A stretch of DNA of 62,147 nt, the filler included. It is 4 parts of 4 records of this genome, joined end to end, with 100 filler letters (N's around TTAATTAATTAA, not from the genome) between each part and the next. Parts side by side here need not be neighbours in the genome. Positions count along the whole stretch, not along the records: positions 33,210 to 50,612 come from SRR31156797_5554; positions 50,713 to 62,147 come from SRR31156797_5556; 2 more parts are not named here. One strand, written 5' to 3'. The notes under the pieces were generated by a model, which saw only the letters and a list, made by a program, of their open reading frames with translations, was not told the origin of the DNA and did no database searches. Every line of letters starts with the position of its first letter. The stretch's first letter is position 1. This document shows positions 47,906 to 57,494 of this stretch, piece by piece. The position numbers and the translations under genes were made by a program.

Positions 47906-50143
47906 ATGCCCGAATTTCAAAAAACAAACTGCGGGCTGTGTTTGCAGAGTTGCGGCCTTGAGGTCATGGTGGAAAACAACCGGATCGTCAAGGTCCGGCC
48001 CGATAAAGACAACCTTCGCTCCAAAGGGTATGTCTGCCGCAAAGGTTTGAAGATCGCTCACTTGCAGCATAATACCCAGCGGCTGACCCGGCCCTTGAAA
48101 AAGACGGACCACGGCTTTGAACCCCTTGGCTGGGACAACGCCCTGGACGAAATAAGTGAAAAGCTGAAGGCTATTTTGAAACAGCACGGTCCGGAGAGCC
48201 TGGCGCTGATGGCCGGTGCTTCCGGTGGTTGCCAATTGGGCGGCAGGTTTTCCGGCCGCCTTCTTTTCAGCCTGGGTTCCAAATACCTCTACGCCACCCT
48301 GGGCCAGGAATGGACCGGCCGCCAGCACGTCCGGGGCTGGGTTTACGGCAAACAACCCCTGTTCCATCATCCCGACCATCACCGGACCGAAGTTTTGCTG
48401 GGTCTGGGCTGGAACGGCTGGTCTTCCCACGGAATGCCCCGAACCAGGACGTACCTGAAAGCCCTCAGCGAAGACCCGGATCGTCACCTGATCATCGTCG
48501 ATCCCCGGCCGTCTGAGACGGCCCGTTACGCGGACATCCATCTGGCCTTGACGCCGGGCAGCGACGCATTGCTTTTAAAGGCCATGATCGCCATCATCCT
48601 TGAGCAGGGCTGGCAGGATGAGGCCTTCATCGCTGGCCATACCACCGGATTGGATGAGGTGATCGCAGCCCTGTCGGGATTCCCGGTCAAAGACGCATTG
48701 TCCGTGTGTGGCCTTGTCTACGAACAGGTCAAAGAGGTCTGTCGCCTCTTCACCAGCCGAAAATCGGCCGTCATGTCCGATCTGGGAGTGCTCATGAACC
48801 GCCACTCCACCCTGGTCAGCTATCTGGAAGAGATCCTCCTGGCCATCACCGGACGTATAGGTGCGGTTGGTGGCAATGTCTTTACCGGAACCCTCTCCCC
48901 CATCGGGATCCACACTCCAGCCGAAAATCCCGCCACCTGGCAGACCAAAGCCTCCAACATTCCGGCCATCATGGGCATCTTTCCCCCCAACGTTTTGCCC
49001 GAGGAGATCGACTCTGATCGGGCGGACCGGATCCGTGCTGTAATTGTTGCGGGTGCCAACCCGTTAAGGTCCTATGCCGATACAAAGGCCTATGAAAAGG
49101 CTTTCAAAAACCTGGATCTGTTGGTGACGGTCGATGTGGCCATGAGCGAAACGGCCGCACTGGCCCATTATGTCCTTCCCAGCCGGACGGCCTATGAAAC
49201 CTTCGACAACACCTTCTGGAGTTTCAATTTCCCGGAAATCTTCTTTCAACTCCGTCAACCGGTAATTGAACCGGCGCCGGAAACAAGGGAGTTGGGATGG
49301 ATCATGACCGCACTGGCCAAAAGGCTTGGAGTGATGCCCCCCATTCCCCAATCCTTGAAGGATGCGGCCGGGGGGGAATTGGGAGAATTCGGCAAACAAT
49401 TGGGTGAATACATCAAAGCGACCCCTGAAGCCATGCTGAAACTCCCCTTCCTTCTGGCCGAAACCCTTGGGGAGGTCATGGCATCCCCCCATCAGGCCTT
49501 TTTATGGGGCTTGCTCTGGTCGGCCCCTGCCCCCATTAAGGAGGCCATGGCACGGGTCGGATTCCCGGAAGGTCCGGATCAGGCAGGATCGGCTTTGAAC
49601 GCCATCTTGGAAAATCGCCAAGGGATATGGCTGGGCCGTCTCGACCAAGACCGGAACCTGGATTTTGTGGCCACCGACGATGGTCGAATCCATTTTCATG
49701 ACCCTGTGCTTCTGGATTGGATGATCCGGGTGACGCCTCAATCCGAAGCCCGGGACCTGAAGCCTGACCCCGAATTCCCATTGATATTGATGGCCGGGTG
49801 GCATATGGACACCACCGCCAACGCCCTCATGCGGGATCCGGCCTGGAACAAGGGTCGAAGGGTCGGTTGCCTGGCCGTACACGCCGATGATGCCGAAAAT
49901 TTGGGTCTGATCGATGGGGACAAAGCCCGGCTGAGCACAAGGTCCGGTCAAGTGGAGGTGGAGGTGCAGATCAGCCCCTTTACCAGGGCCGGCATGGTGC
50001 TCATGCCCCAGGGCTACGGTTTGGATTTTGGCCGTGAAAAAGTCGGCGTGAACGTCAATGAGCTGACCGATGCAAAGCACCGGGACCGGCTTGCGGCCAC
50101 CCCTCATCACCGGAGGGTGCCCTGCCGTCTGGAAAAGTTTTAA
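47906..50143 (+). CDS. Mo/W-bisPGD oxidoreductase (DMSO reductase family), uncharacterised subfamily
   Basis: CGLCLQSC...YVCRKG FS0 motif, WDNALDEI, VDPR..ETA, PGSDALLL, GANP and SETAALAHYVLP motifs; no Tat signal. Confidence 0.9.
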   Translation: MPEFQKTNCGLCLQSCGLEVMVENNRIVKVRPDKDNLRSKGYVCRKGLKIAHLQHNTQRLTRPLKKTDHGFEPLGWDNALDEISEKLKAILKQHGPESLALMAGASGGCQLGGRFSGRLLFSLGSKYLYATLGQEWTGRQHVRGWVYGKQPLFHHPDHHRTEVLLGLGWNGWSSHGMPRTRTYLKALSEDPDRHLIIVDPRPSETARYADIHLALTPGSDALLLKAMIAIILEQGWQDEAFIAGHTTGLDEVIAALSGFPVKDALSVCGLVYEQVKEVCRLFTSRKSAVMSDLGVLMNRHSTLVSYLEEILLAITGRIGAVGGNVFTGTLSPIGIHTPAENPATWQTKASNIPAIMGIFPPNVLPEEIDSDRADRIRAVIVAGANPLRSYADTKAYEKAFKNLDLLVTVDVAMSETAALAHYVLPSRTAYETFDNTFWSFNFPEIFFQLRQPVIEPAPETRELGWIMTALAKRLGVMPPIPQSLKDAAGGELGEFGKQLGEYIKATPEAMLKLPFLLAETLGEVMASPHQAFLWGLLWSAPAPIKEAMARVGFPEGPDQAGSALNAILENRQGIWLGRLDQDRNLDFVATDDGRIHFHDPVLLDWMIRVTPQSEARDLKPDPEFPLILMAGWHMDTTANALMRDPAWNKGRRVGCLAVHADDAENLGLIDGDKARLSTRSGQVEVEVQISPFTRAGMVLMPQGYGLDFGREKVGVNVNELTDAKHRDRLAATPHHRRVPCRLEKF

Positions 50144-50455
50144 GGGGGGGGGTAAAGGACATCAATCATTGAAAGTTATCCAAGGACCCTTTGCCAACAA
50201 CTTCCAAAGTTCATCAAGCCACTTTTCCTATGGCCTGAAATCACTGACTTCCGAGCCATCCGGAAGAGATTTTTTGTTAACAACGCCTTTTTCGATCCAA
50301 AACGCCCCGTTTTTCAAAGGTTCTGAGGCCAACGTTTCAGACTTCCTGTTCACACTTTGAGATTAGGTTTGACACACAATACAGTGTTTTCATAACATCA
50401 TCAAAGAAAATGCAAATATGACCTCTTGTATTTCCGGATGGGGGCGATTTAGAAC

Positions 50456-50612
50456 ATGGCAAAAGATAAAAAACGTTATGAAGACCTTAACCGACTCGTG
50501 AAAGATCTGGCATTGAACGCCGGTGCCATCGATGTGGGCATCGTCACAACCGGGACCCTGGAGGGCGGGCCGCCGTCCGCCGATTTGTCGTATGTATTGG
50601 AAGGCGCCAAGT
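50456..50612 (+). CDS. 5' fragment of a QueG/reductive-dehalogenase-like Fe-S protein, truncated by contig end
   Basis: VKDLALNAGAIDVGIV...GGPPSADLSYVLEGAK resembles the N-terminus of epoxyqueuosine-reductase-like proteins. Confidence 0.5.
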
Positions 50613-50712
50613 NNNNNNNNNNNNNNNNNNNNNNNNNNNNNNNNNNNNNNNNNNNNTTAATTAATTAANNNNNNNNNNNNNNNNNNNNNNNNNNNNNNNN
50701 NNNNNNNNNNNN
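50613..50712. other. Artificial contig-joining spacer
   Basis: N44-TTAATTAATTAA-N44. Confidence 0.97.
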
Positions 50713-50775
50713 AAGATGCCTCCTCAGCGCATCCCGGCGCTCAACAAGGTCTTTTACCTGTTCCTTTAAGATCAT
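50713..50775 (-). CDS. prfB: Peptide chain release factor 2, first ORF up to the programmed +1 frameshift site
   Basis: MILKEQVKDLVERRDALRRHL ending in AGGAGG-cat-CTT, i.e. internal SD plus the shifty Leu codon; the contig ends there. Not in the ORF track. Confidence 0.85.
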
Positions 50776-50826
50776 TTAGAATTGTTTTTTTATAAGGGGT
50801 ACAAAGTTAGTAGATTTTCAGACTAA

Positions 50827-53319
50827 TTATTTTAAAGTTTTATGAAAGGTGTTTTTTACGCGTTTGGAAATGTTGAAATAAGGAATCCATATTAGTGATG
50901 CAATAAATGCTTTTCCAATATCTTTATATGCTTGTGTTAATTCTGAATTGGTGAAAGAATCAGGAAATAAAGCTTCAATCCCTACAGTATCTATAATTAA
51001 AAAAATAAGATTTGCACCATAAAAAATACTCATTAATAATGGTAAACTGGTTCGTTTCTGAATAAACAGGATAATAAGAAGAATAGAAAACGAAATGAAA
51101 AAGGTATTGTAAATTAGTTCTAATGCAAGAACTATTATTAATGCCATTTGATTATCTACTTCACCGAAAATAATTATTTCCCAGTTTGCCTTGCTAAAAA
51201 AATCGGGAGTGAAAAATTGAAACGAAAGAGAAAAAGGTGTTAGGACCAACCCAATTAGAGGCAAAATTAACCATCCACCTAAAGATGTTATTTTCGAGTC
51301 GGCTACACTTGCAGGATTGTAATATTTGTAAATAATAAAATACAAAACGATTGCAGCTAAAAGAGATACAATAAATATTATTACTGCAATAGCACTGATT
51401 CCTTTTTTTTCAGCGGCTAGATTATACGTAATGTAATATGGATATTCTCCCTCTGCGTCTTCTATCGCTTTTAAAAAGGTTTCAATAGAATCTCCCTGAA
51501 TATATTCATTAAAAAGACTAAAGCTGTTGTAATAACTTAGTGTTAGATCTTTCTTTGTAATTCTGTTTTTGTACCTAAAGTTATTATTTCGAATTGTTAA
51601 TGAATCATCTGTAATGTTCCAGAATTCAGGAAGGTGCACGATGGTCGTTTGGTTAAAATCAATTGCAGGACCTAAATAATAAGGCATCTTTTGGTTGATA
51701 GATTTTGGAAAATCTGCGGTTGATTCGAGAACAAGCGGGTAAAACTTACAATATATTTGACTACTATCTTCGGTATATTCCCAAATCTTCGGAATAAAAT
51801 ACTGTTCCACTATTGTTATTAAATTAGAGCTGTCAATCTGTTCGTCAATAATCTGAATGTTTTCTGCCAATTTAATATTCGGATATAAATGGCTGTAATA
51901 ATCAAGATAGTTTCGCTGAATTCTTTCATGAACTGAGCTTTCAAAGTCTCTTCTGATGTTGTCTGCTTTTTGGCCAGTATAGTTTGTTTTTACAATAAAT
52001 TGGGCATTTCCATTTACTGAATCCAGTGTTATCTTTTCTGTAATGGTAATTGTAGAGGCTTTCGGCTTAGGCATTGAAGTAAGCGACTTTTCTCCTTCCT
52101 TAAGTCTTAATCCGTATTTGTAATCGGGGGCATGGTAATGATCTAAATTCCCGCCTTGGCAGGAAATGGTTGGATCAACAAAATATTGCTTCCCGTTGAC
52201 ATTAAAATTTACAATACAGTGGTTAAAACCATTAGATCCCGGTAATAGATTGATTAGTTCGTTTTTTATCACGGTATTTACTAAAAACGGATATGCACGA
52301 ACTCCTTTTAAGCGTAAGAGAGAGCTTAATAACAACGATTTATCCTTGCAGTCTCCATAACGCTGTATATAAACTCTTTTGGGCGAATTGGGCTTGTACG
52401 CACTTATTCCCGACTCAAATCCCAGGTATCTAATGTCATTCTGTACAAAATGAATTAAATCGGTAATACTCGGCTCCTTATCCAAGTTTTCTTTTATCGA
52501 TTTATAAATCCATTTTACTTCATTATCAGAATATGTATATAAAGGAAGGTATTGGTCGACTAATTCAGACCAACTATTATAAGTGCTTATTTCAACTCTT
52601 TTGTGAGGATCAAACCAGGCAGGAACATTTGTTTCATATGGTTTGTTGTCAAGAGCTTCCTCATTCCACAAATATTCTTTCCCAAATCTCGTTTGCTTTT
52701 TCACCGGATCTTCAGCATTTACAAACTTTTTGAAATTTATCTTTTGATCTTTTTCGGTTACTACTCTGTTGTAAATATGGTTTACTGGAATGGTATGCTG
52801 GTGGTAAAAAGTTCTGGAATAGTTGCCATTATTTATCGGATTAAAACCTTGCCTGGAGTAAGCATATTCAATAATATCGTTTTCTCTAATACCAGGCAGA
52901 TTTAATACTGCGGTTAAGGAGCCGTCATAAAGAGAACGTTCCATGTTATTCTCCCGTTGAAATACCCGGAAATTATCAATGTTAAGCTGGTTGATAATAA
53001 TACCATCTCTAATAATGTTGATTTTATGAAAGACTATGTTTTCAAACGAAGGATCAAAAACGACAGAGATATCCGATTGATCTTGAACACCATCTGAATT
53101 AAGCAGTTTAATTGCATAATGATAATAACTGGTTTGTTTCGGAATGTTGGTTTGAATGTCAATTAACAGATATTGTTCACCGCCTTTGCCTTCAACAATA
53201 TTTTCATCAACAAAATCAACTTTGTTTGTCCATGTGGGTATTGAGGATTTTTCTATTTCTGGTTTTGCGGTGCCCAAAAGTACGATCGATAATAAAAGGG
53301 ATAACAAGAGGTAGCGCAT
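50827..53319 (-). CDS. DUF3857 plus transglutaminase-like protein with C-terminal membrane domain (DUF2569-like)
   Basis: Signal peptide; FVQNDIRY, YGDCKDKSLL, FNHCI and VDPT (Cys-His-Asp triad); C-terminal LGGWL...WIPYFNISKRVKNTF TM bundle. Confidence 0.85.
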   Translation of the reverse strand: MRYLLLSLLLSIVLLGTAKPEIEKSSIPTWTNKVDFVDENIVEGKGGEQYLLIDIQTNIPKQTSYYHYAIKLLNSDGVQDQSDISVVFDPSFENIVFHKINIIRDGIIINQLNIDNFRVFQRENNMERSLYDGSLTAVLNLPGIRENDIIEYAYSRQGFNPINNGNYSRTFYHQHTIPVNHIYNRVVTEKDQKINFKKFVNAEDPVKKQTRFGKEYLWNEEALDNKPYETNVPAWFDPHKRVEISTYNSWSELVDQYLPLYTYSDNEVKWIYKSIKENLDKEPSITDLIHFVQNDIRYLGFESGISAYKPNSPKRVYIQRYGDCKDKSLLLSSLLRLKGVRAYPFLVNTVIKNELINLLPGSNGFNHCIVNFNVNGKQYFVDPTISCQGGNLDHYHAPDYKYGLRLKEGEKSLTSMPKPKASTITITEKITLDSVNGNAQFIVKTNYTGQKADNIRRDFESSVHERIQRNYLDYYSHLYPNIKLAENIQIIDEQIDSSNLITIVEQYFIPKIWEYTEDSSQIYCKFYPLVLESTADFPKSINQKMPYYLGPAIDFNQTTIVHLPEFWNITDDSLTIRNNNFRYKNRITKKDLTLSYYNSFSLFNEYIQGDSIETFLKAIEDAEGEYPYYITYNLAAEKKGISAIAVIIFIVSLLAAIVLYFIIYKYYNPASVADSKITSLGGWLILPLIGLVLTPFSLSFQFFTPDFFSKANWEIIIFGEVDNQMALIIVLALELIYNTFFISFSILLIILFIQKRTSLPLLMSIFYGANLIFLIIDTVGIEALFPDSFTNSELTQAYKDIGKAFIASLIWIPYFNISKRVKNTFHKTLK

Positions 53320-53390
53320 TAGATATTTTTTTGTATAGGGACAAATATAATTTAAAACATAATATAAAATAACGAGATATGTGATTTGAG

Positions 53391-53873
53391 TTATTCAAGA
53401 GCCAGATTCATATACCTGTGAATTAATTCGGGTTCAAATCCTCGGTTTTGGGTATAACGGATTACCTGCCCCATTTTGGTAAATTTATCCTTGCCCTTAA
53501 TGGTTTTTGCTTTGGCCTTCATCGTTTTTACCAAAAGCGATTTGTACTTTTCTTCATCAATCTGGTCCAGCCCTTTTTGAATTATAGCATCTGATAATCC
53601 CTTTTGACGAAGGTAATATTGCATTTTTATTTTGCCCCACTTGTTAATTTTAAACTTGTCGTTAACATAAGCACGAACATAGCGCTCATCGTCGATGTAT
53701 TTTTCCTCAATAAGCTTTTTAATAATCTCATCTACAATCTCCTCAACAATTTCGTAGGCCAGAATTTTTTTTCGAATATCAGCAGAACATTGTTCAGAGC
53801 GGCTGCATAATTGTGCCATTTTAGAATAGGCCTGTTGTACTTGTAGCTCGTGATCTTTCATATGTAACACCAT
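53391..53873 (-). CDS. recX: Regulatory protein RecX
   Basis: CSRSEQC, YIDDERY, NKWGKIK...LRQKG and RGFEP motifs. Confidence 0.9.
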   Translation of the reverse strand: MVLHMKDHELQVQQAYSKMAQLCSRSEQCSADIRKKILAYEIVEEIVDEIIKKLIEEKYIDDERYVRAYVNDKFKINKWGKIKMQYYLRQKGLSDAIIQKGLDQIDEEKYKSLLVKTMKAKAKTIKGKDKFTKMGQVIRYTQNRGFEPELIHRYMNLALE

Positions 53874-53965
53874 TAGATAATAGGGAAATAAAAATAATGA
53901 AAAAACATAGCTAATCCTATATTTCTATTCAACAGCATATAAGGAGTTTGTGTTGGGGGTGTTTT

Positions 53966-54694
53966 TTATTCCTGTTCCATAAAATCAGGTTCGGCTTTTA
54001 CTCCTGTAAAAAACTCTTCCAGCTCGGCCAAAGTGGAATCCGTTTTCTCCACATCCCGTACTACCTCACCCTTCTCAAGTATTACAATGCGCGAACATAC
54101 ATCGGCAACGTGATCCAGGTCGTGACTCGAGATTAATAAAGTTTTTTCTTTTTGCTGGCTGAATTCTTTTATGATACCACGTAGCTGGTATTGGGATGAT
54201 GGATCGAGGTTGGCAAATGGTTCATCCAGGACAATAACCTCCGGATTTCCCATTAGAGCCCCAACAACGCCCACCTTTTTTTGGTTACCTTTCGAGAGGT
54301 CGCGAATAAATTTCTTTTTACCGATTATCTCATCCTTAAAAAATTCTTTGTAGTCTTCCAAAAAGTTTGAAACATCTTTGGGATTCATACCGCGTAATTC
54401 ACCAATAAACTCGAAATATTCATCCGGTGTCAGGTAGCCAATAGTAAAACTTTCGTCGATATAAGCAGCAACCAGTTCTTTCCAATCTTCCGATTTTGAC
54501 ACGGCAATTTCGTTGATTAAAACTTGCCCCTTATTTGCACGTATCAGATCCAGAATCAAGGAGAAAAGGGTGGTTTTTCCTGCTCCGTTGTTGCCAACCA
54601 GGCCAAATACTTCTCCTTTTTCAATTTTTAGTTCTGTTAGGTTTAATACGGTTGTTCCGTTATATGCTTTTTGTAAATTGTCAACTTGTATCAT
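53966..54694 (-). CDS. ABC transporter ATP-binding protein
   Basis: GNNGAGKTT, LSKGNQKK, LDEPFANLD and SSHDL motifs. Confidence 0.95.
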   Translation of the reverse strand: MIQVDNLQKAYNGTTVLNLTELKIEKGEVFGLVGNNGAGKTTLFSLILDLIRANKGQVLINEIAVSKSEDWKELVAAYIDESFTIGYLTPDEYFEFIGELRGMNPKDVSNFLEDYKEFFKDEIIGKKKFIRDLSKGNQKKVGVVGALMGNPEVIVLDEPFANLDPSSQYQLRGIIKEFSQQKEKTLLISSHDLDHVADVCSRIVILEKGEVVRDVEKTDSTLAELEEFFTGVKAEPDFMEQE

Positions 54695-54755
54695 TGTATT
54701 TTATTTTTTGTTATTCTTTTTTTTGATCAAAATGTTTATGGTGCACCCTGTACTT

Positions 54756-56228
54756 CTAACTGCTGGCTTTGTAATTGTAAATCATCCGGTGCTTGCGTTT
54801 TAGGTATTCTTTGGTAAAATAATCGATTAAACGCGGATGAAGAATGATTCCGATAAGCCCAAGTGCTCCTAAAACCACATAGGCAGTAATGCTGCCAAAT
54901 GCCCACGACAATAAGCCAAACACTGCCAATGGACCAAAAATTATTGGAAAGGACATTAACCATTGTGTTGCTCCAACTCCCTGGTAATTGAAAGCCGCCC
55001 GCTGGTTAAGTTCAATTGCGCGTTTACTGTTTAAACCCAGCGCAAAAATTACAAATGAGTTAACACCAATATTGTAAAGCATAACCACAAAATGCACATA
55101 CAACACCTTTGGCGAAATGTACATGTAACCCAACGAAAGCAGGTAAAATACCACATTGGTAATAGCCATTAGAAAAAAGGCCGATTGTAAAACCTGTTTC
55201 ATTTTAATGTTTTGGGCCATAAGCAAGGGGTAATATTTTCCATGCCATGCCGGAAAAAACTGGCCGTACATCATACTAAAAATACCGGTCATAAACATTC
55301 CTCCAAGAACAAGGATAAAATCAGGTGAATCGGTTTGATAATCACGGTAAATTATTAAACCATAAAAAAGAAATAGAACCGACATTAAAGCTGTGTTTTT
55401 GGGACGTTTGTTTCGCATAATCATTTTTACTTCCAGCGACAACATTTTTCCATAGTCGCCAACATTGTTTAACCATGAAAAATCGTGCGTAGTCCCTTCT
55501 TTTTTCTTTTTCGAAAGTTCATCGAGGTAAAAGCGGTTGGTAATGTAGTTTTGATTTAAAAAGTAGAGCGCTGCAATGCTTATGGGGAAAATAACTACGG
55601 CAGCAGGATTTGCAACCACTAAGTCGAATAGTTTTCCAAAAGTTCCGGTTATATCGAATACTTCGAAATAGTCGATGGCGGTAATACCGGCTGCCAATGC
55701 AAGAAAACCATAAAAAAGCTTGTCCGATTCGTTAGTGCGCCACTTTACGTAAATGGCCAGAAAGTGGTTTACAAATATCATAAAAAATAAAGCAGCCAGC
55801 CATGCCCAGAATACAGGCGTAGCAAGAGTTGATGCTGCTGTTTTAATGATAAATGGAAGACCCAAAAAACAGGGCATAATGTTAAAAAAATGAAGCAACG
55901 ATTTATTCAGCAAATAACGGGCAATACGTTTGCGTTTTACCGGTATGAGCAAAAATGGTTGAAATCCAAAAGTGGGCAGGTTTTGAATCATAATCCGTAA
56001 TACAAACTCAAACCCGAAATACACAAAAATAAGTGCATTAAAAGCCTGAATTTGGTTGTTTGGATTTGTTTCAGCCAGTTTGTCGGTGAGTTGCCAGCCC
56101 ATAACCAAGGCAACAACTGAAAAATAGATGGCAAAAAAGATCAGGATCCCGGTAGTGGCCATGCTTTTGTTTTTTGAAGCTGATCGGATAAATTCGCGCC
56201 AGGCGAAATAGAATAAATTTCGTTTCAT
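54756..56228 (-). CDS. Multi-TM ABC permease (DUF5687-like)
   Basis: About 12 TM segments, RNKRPK and YGQFFPAW motifs; adjacent to the ABC ATPase; start ATG56228. Confidence 0.8.
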   Translation of the reverse strand: MKRNLFYFAWREFIRSASKNKSMATTGILIFFAIYFSVVALVMGWQLTDKLAETNPNNQIQAFNALIFVYFGFEFVLRIMIQNLPTFGFQPFLLIPVKRKRIARYLLNKSLLHFFNIMPCFLGLPFIIKTAASTLATPVFWAWLAALFFMIFVNHFLAIYVKWRTNESDKLFYGFLALAAGITAIDYFEVFDITGTFGKLFDLVVANPAAVVIFPISIAALYFLNQNYITNRFYLDELSKKKKEGTTHDFSWLNNVGDYGKMLSLEVKMIMRNKRPKNTALMSVLFLFYGLIIYRDYQTDSPDFILVLGGMFMTGIFSMMYGQFFPAWHGKYYPLLMAQNIKMKQVLQSAFFLMAITNVVFYLLSLGYMYISPKVLYVHFVVMLYNIGVNSFVIFALGLNSKRAIELNQRAAFNYQGVGATQWLMSFPIIFGPLAVFGLLSWAFGSITAYVVLGALGLIGIILHPRLIDYFTKEYLKRKHRMIYNYKASS

Positions 56229-56299
56229 ACAGCACAATTGTATTTTTAAGTTGAATAATGTTTTTAGTTTATTTGTTGGTAACACAATAAGTAAAAAAG

Positions 56300-57010
56300 T
56301 TACAAAGCAAATTCCCCAAATTGTTCTAAAAAGTGTTCTTTAATTTTTTCTGGGACATATATAAGTTGCCCGTAACAAGCTATGGTAAAAGTTATAACAA
56401 GCAAGCAAATTCCGAATAAACCGAAATAGTTATTTAGTAAAAAATCCAATTGAAATATTCTTATTAAATTAATTGTATGAATGGGAAGTTGTATAGCTAT
56501 TAAGGCGAGAAATTGCACTCGCTTTAACTGGTTTAATAGCATAAAAGATTTATCCGGGTTAGTCTTAATTTTATATTCTTTCGGAAATAACCAGTAGTAA
56601 TAATAAATAATTGCAAGTGTTAAAATAGAGAAAAACGGCACAAGTACCCATAGCGAATTGTTAACCAGTTTTAGTAGCGTGAAAAGTACCATTGAAAAAA
56701 CAAAAGTCATAATTACTTTCGGGAACTCATAAAACTCAAGCAAATATTTCCAAAGTATACGGTTGTATTTTTTTCTTAGCGCTTTTTCTTTTTCTGTTTT
56801 TACTTTGCTAAAACCCATTACACCAAATTTGCGAAAAGTTGTGAGTAAAGCTTGTTCAAATGAAATTTCAGGTTTTTCTACCCATTGCTCTTCAATTATT
56901 GAAGCCAGGTGGTCTACCAATTCAACCTGTACATCGTACTGGTATACGTAATGTTTTTGGCAAAATTCAAAAAGTTGCTGAGTTTCTTCTTGTGTAATTG
57001 GTCGGTTCAT
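56300..57010 (-). CDS. PadR-associated membrane protein
   Basis: YDVQVELVDHLA N-terminal helical domain plus 4 TM segments. Confidence 0.75.
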   Translation of the reverse strand: MNRPITQEETQQLFEFCQKHYVYQYDVQVELVDHLASIIEEQWVEKPEISFEQALLTTFRKFGVMGFSKVKTEKEKALRKKYNRILWKYLLEFYEFPKVIMTFVFSMVLFTLLKLVNNSLWVLVPFFSILTLAIIYYYYWLFPKEYKIKTNPDKSFMLLNQLKRVQFLALIAIQLPIHTINLIRIFQLDFLLNNYFGLFGICLLVITFTIACYGQLIYVPEKIKEHFLEQFGEFAL

Positions 57011-57012
57011 GT

Positions 57013-57345
57013 TTAAGCAAGTTTAGGATTTAGCAATACCTCCATGTTTTTCATAAAACTTCGCATTTTTTTTAAAAGGTTTTCACTTTCCTTTTTACCC
57101 TTTTCGGTAATAGAATAGTACTTCCGAACACGGTTGTTTACTTTAGTCATTTCAATGCTTAGCAGGCCTTTTGCTTCCAGTTTATGCAATGTGGGATAGA
57201 GTGCTCCTTCGGTAACCACAAGATTCCCGTTGGTAATTTTTTTTACCTCACGTGTTATCTGGTAGCCATACATTTTACCCTGCTCTTTTAAAAGGGATAA
57301 AACAATGGTGGATAAACTGCCTTTGTATAGGTTATTTTTTTGCAT
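57013..57345 (-). CDS. PadR family regulator
   Basis: MYGYQI, TEGALYPTLHKLE and RKYYSITEKG motifs. Confidence 0.95.
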   Translation of the reverse strand: MQKNNLYKGSLSTIVLSLLKEQGKMYGYQITREVKKITNGNLVVTEGALYPTLHKLEAKGLLSIEMTKVNNRVRKYYSITEKGKKESENLLKKMRSFMKNMEVLLNPKLA

Positions 57346-57368
57346 ACTTTAAAATTATGTAAAAAAAT

Positions 57369-57389
57369 ATACCTAAGCAAATTAGGTAT
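57369..57389. promoter_or_regulatory. Candidate PadR operator
   Basis: ATACCTAA-gcaaa-TTAGGTAT inverted repeat just upstream of padR. Confidence 0.55.
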
Positions 57390-57429
57390 TATTATATTTT
57401 GTCGGGAATACCAGACTTGGGATTTAAAT

Positions 57430-57457
57430 AAAAAAAGGAGGAACACAATGTTCCTCC
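57430..57457 (-). terminator. Intrinsic terminator
   Basis: Minus strand GGAGGAACA-ttg-TGTTCCTCC-TTTTTTT downstream of the 591-aa gene. Confidence 0.8.
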
Positions 57458-57494
57458 ACTACTTCCTCATGAAAACATGAGTCCCCCAATAGTA

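Noticed and set aside
35722..50110. Many 60-300 aa antisense or alternate-frame ORFs in contig C (e.g. 47624-48541, 36943-37587, 49502-50110)
   Set aside because: Shadow ORFs of GC-rich genes, overlapping well-supported CDSs, with no family motifs.
50456..50668. 70-aa ORF as listed in the track
   Set aside because: Runs into the N spacer; only 50456-50612 is real sequence.
53431..53441. GGTTCAAATCC, resembling a tRNA T-loop
   Set aside because: Lies within recX with no acceptor or anticodon stems.
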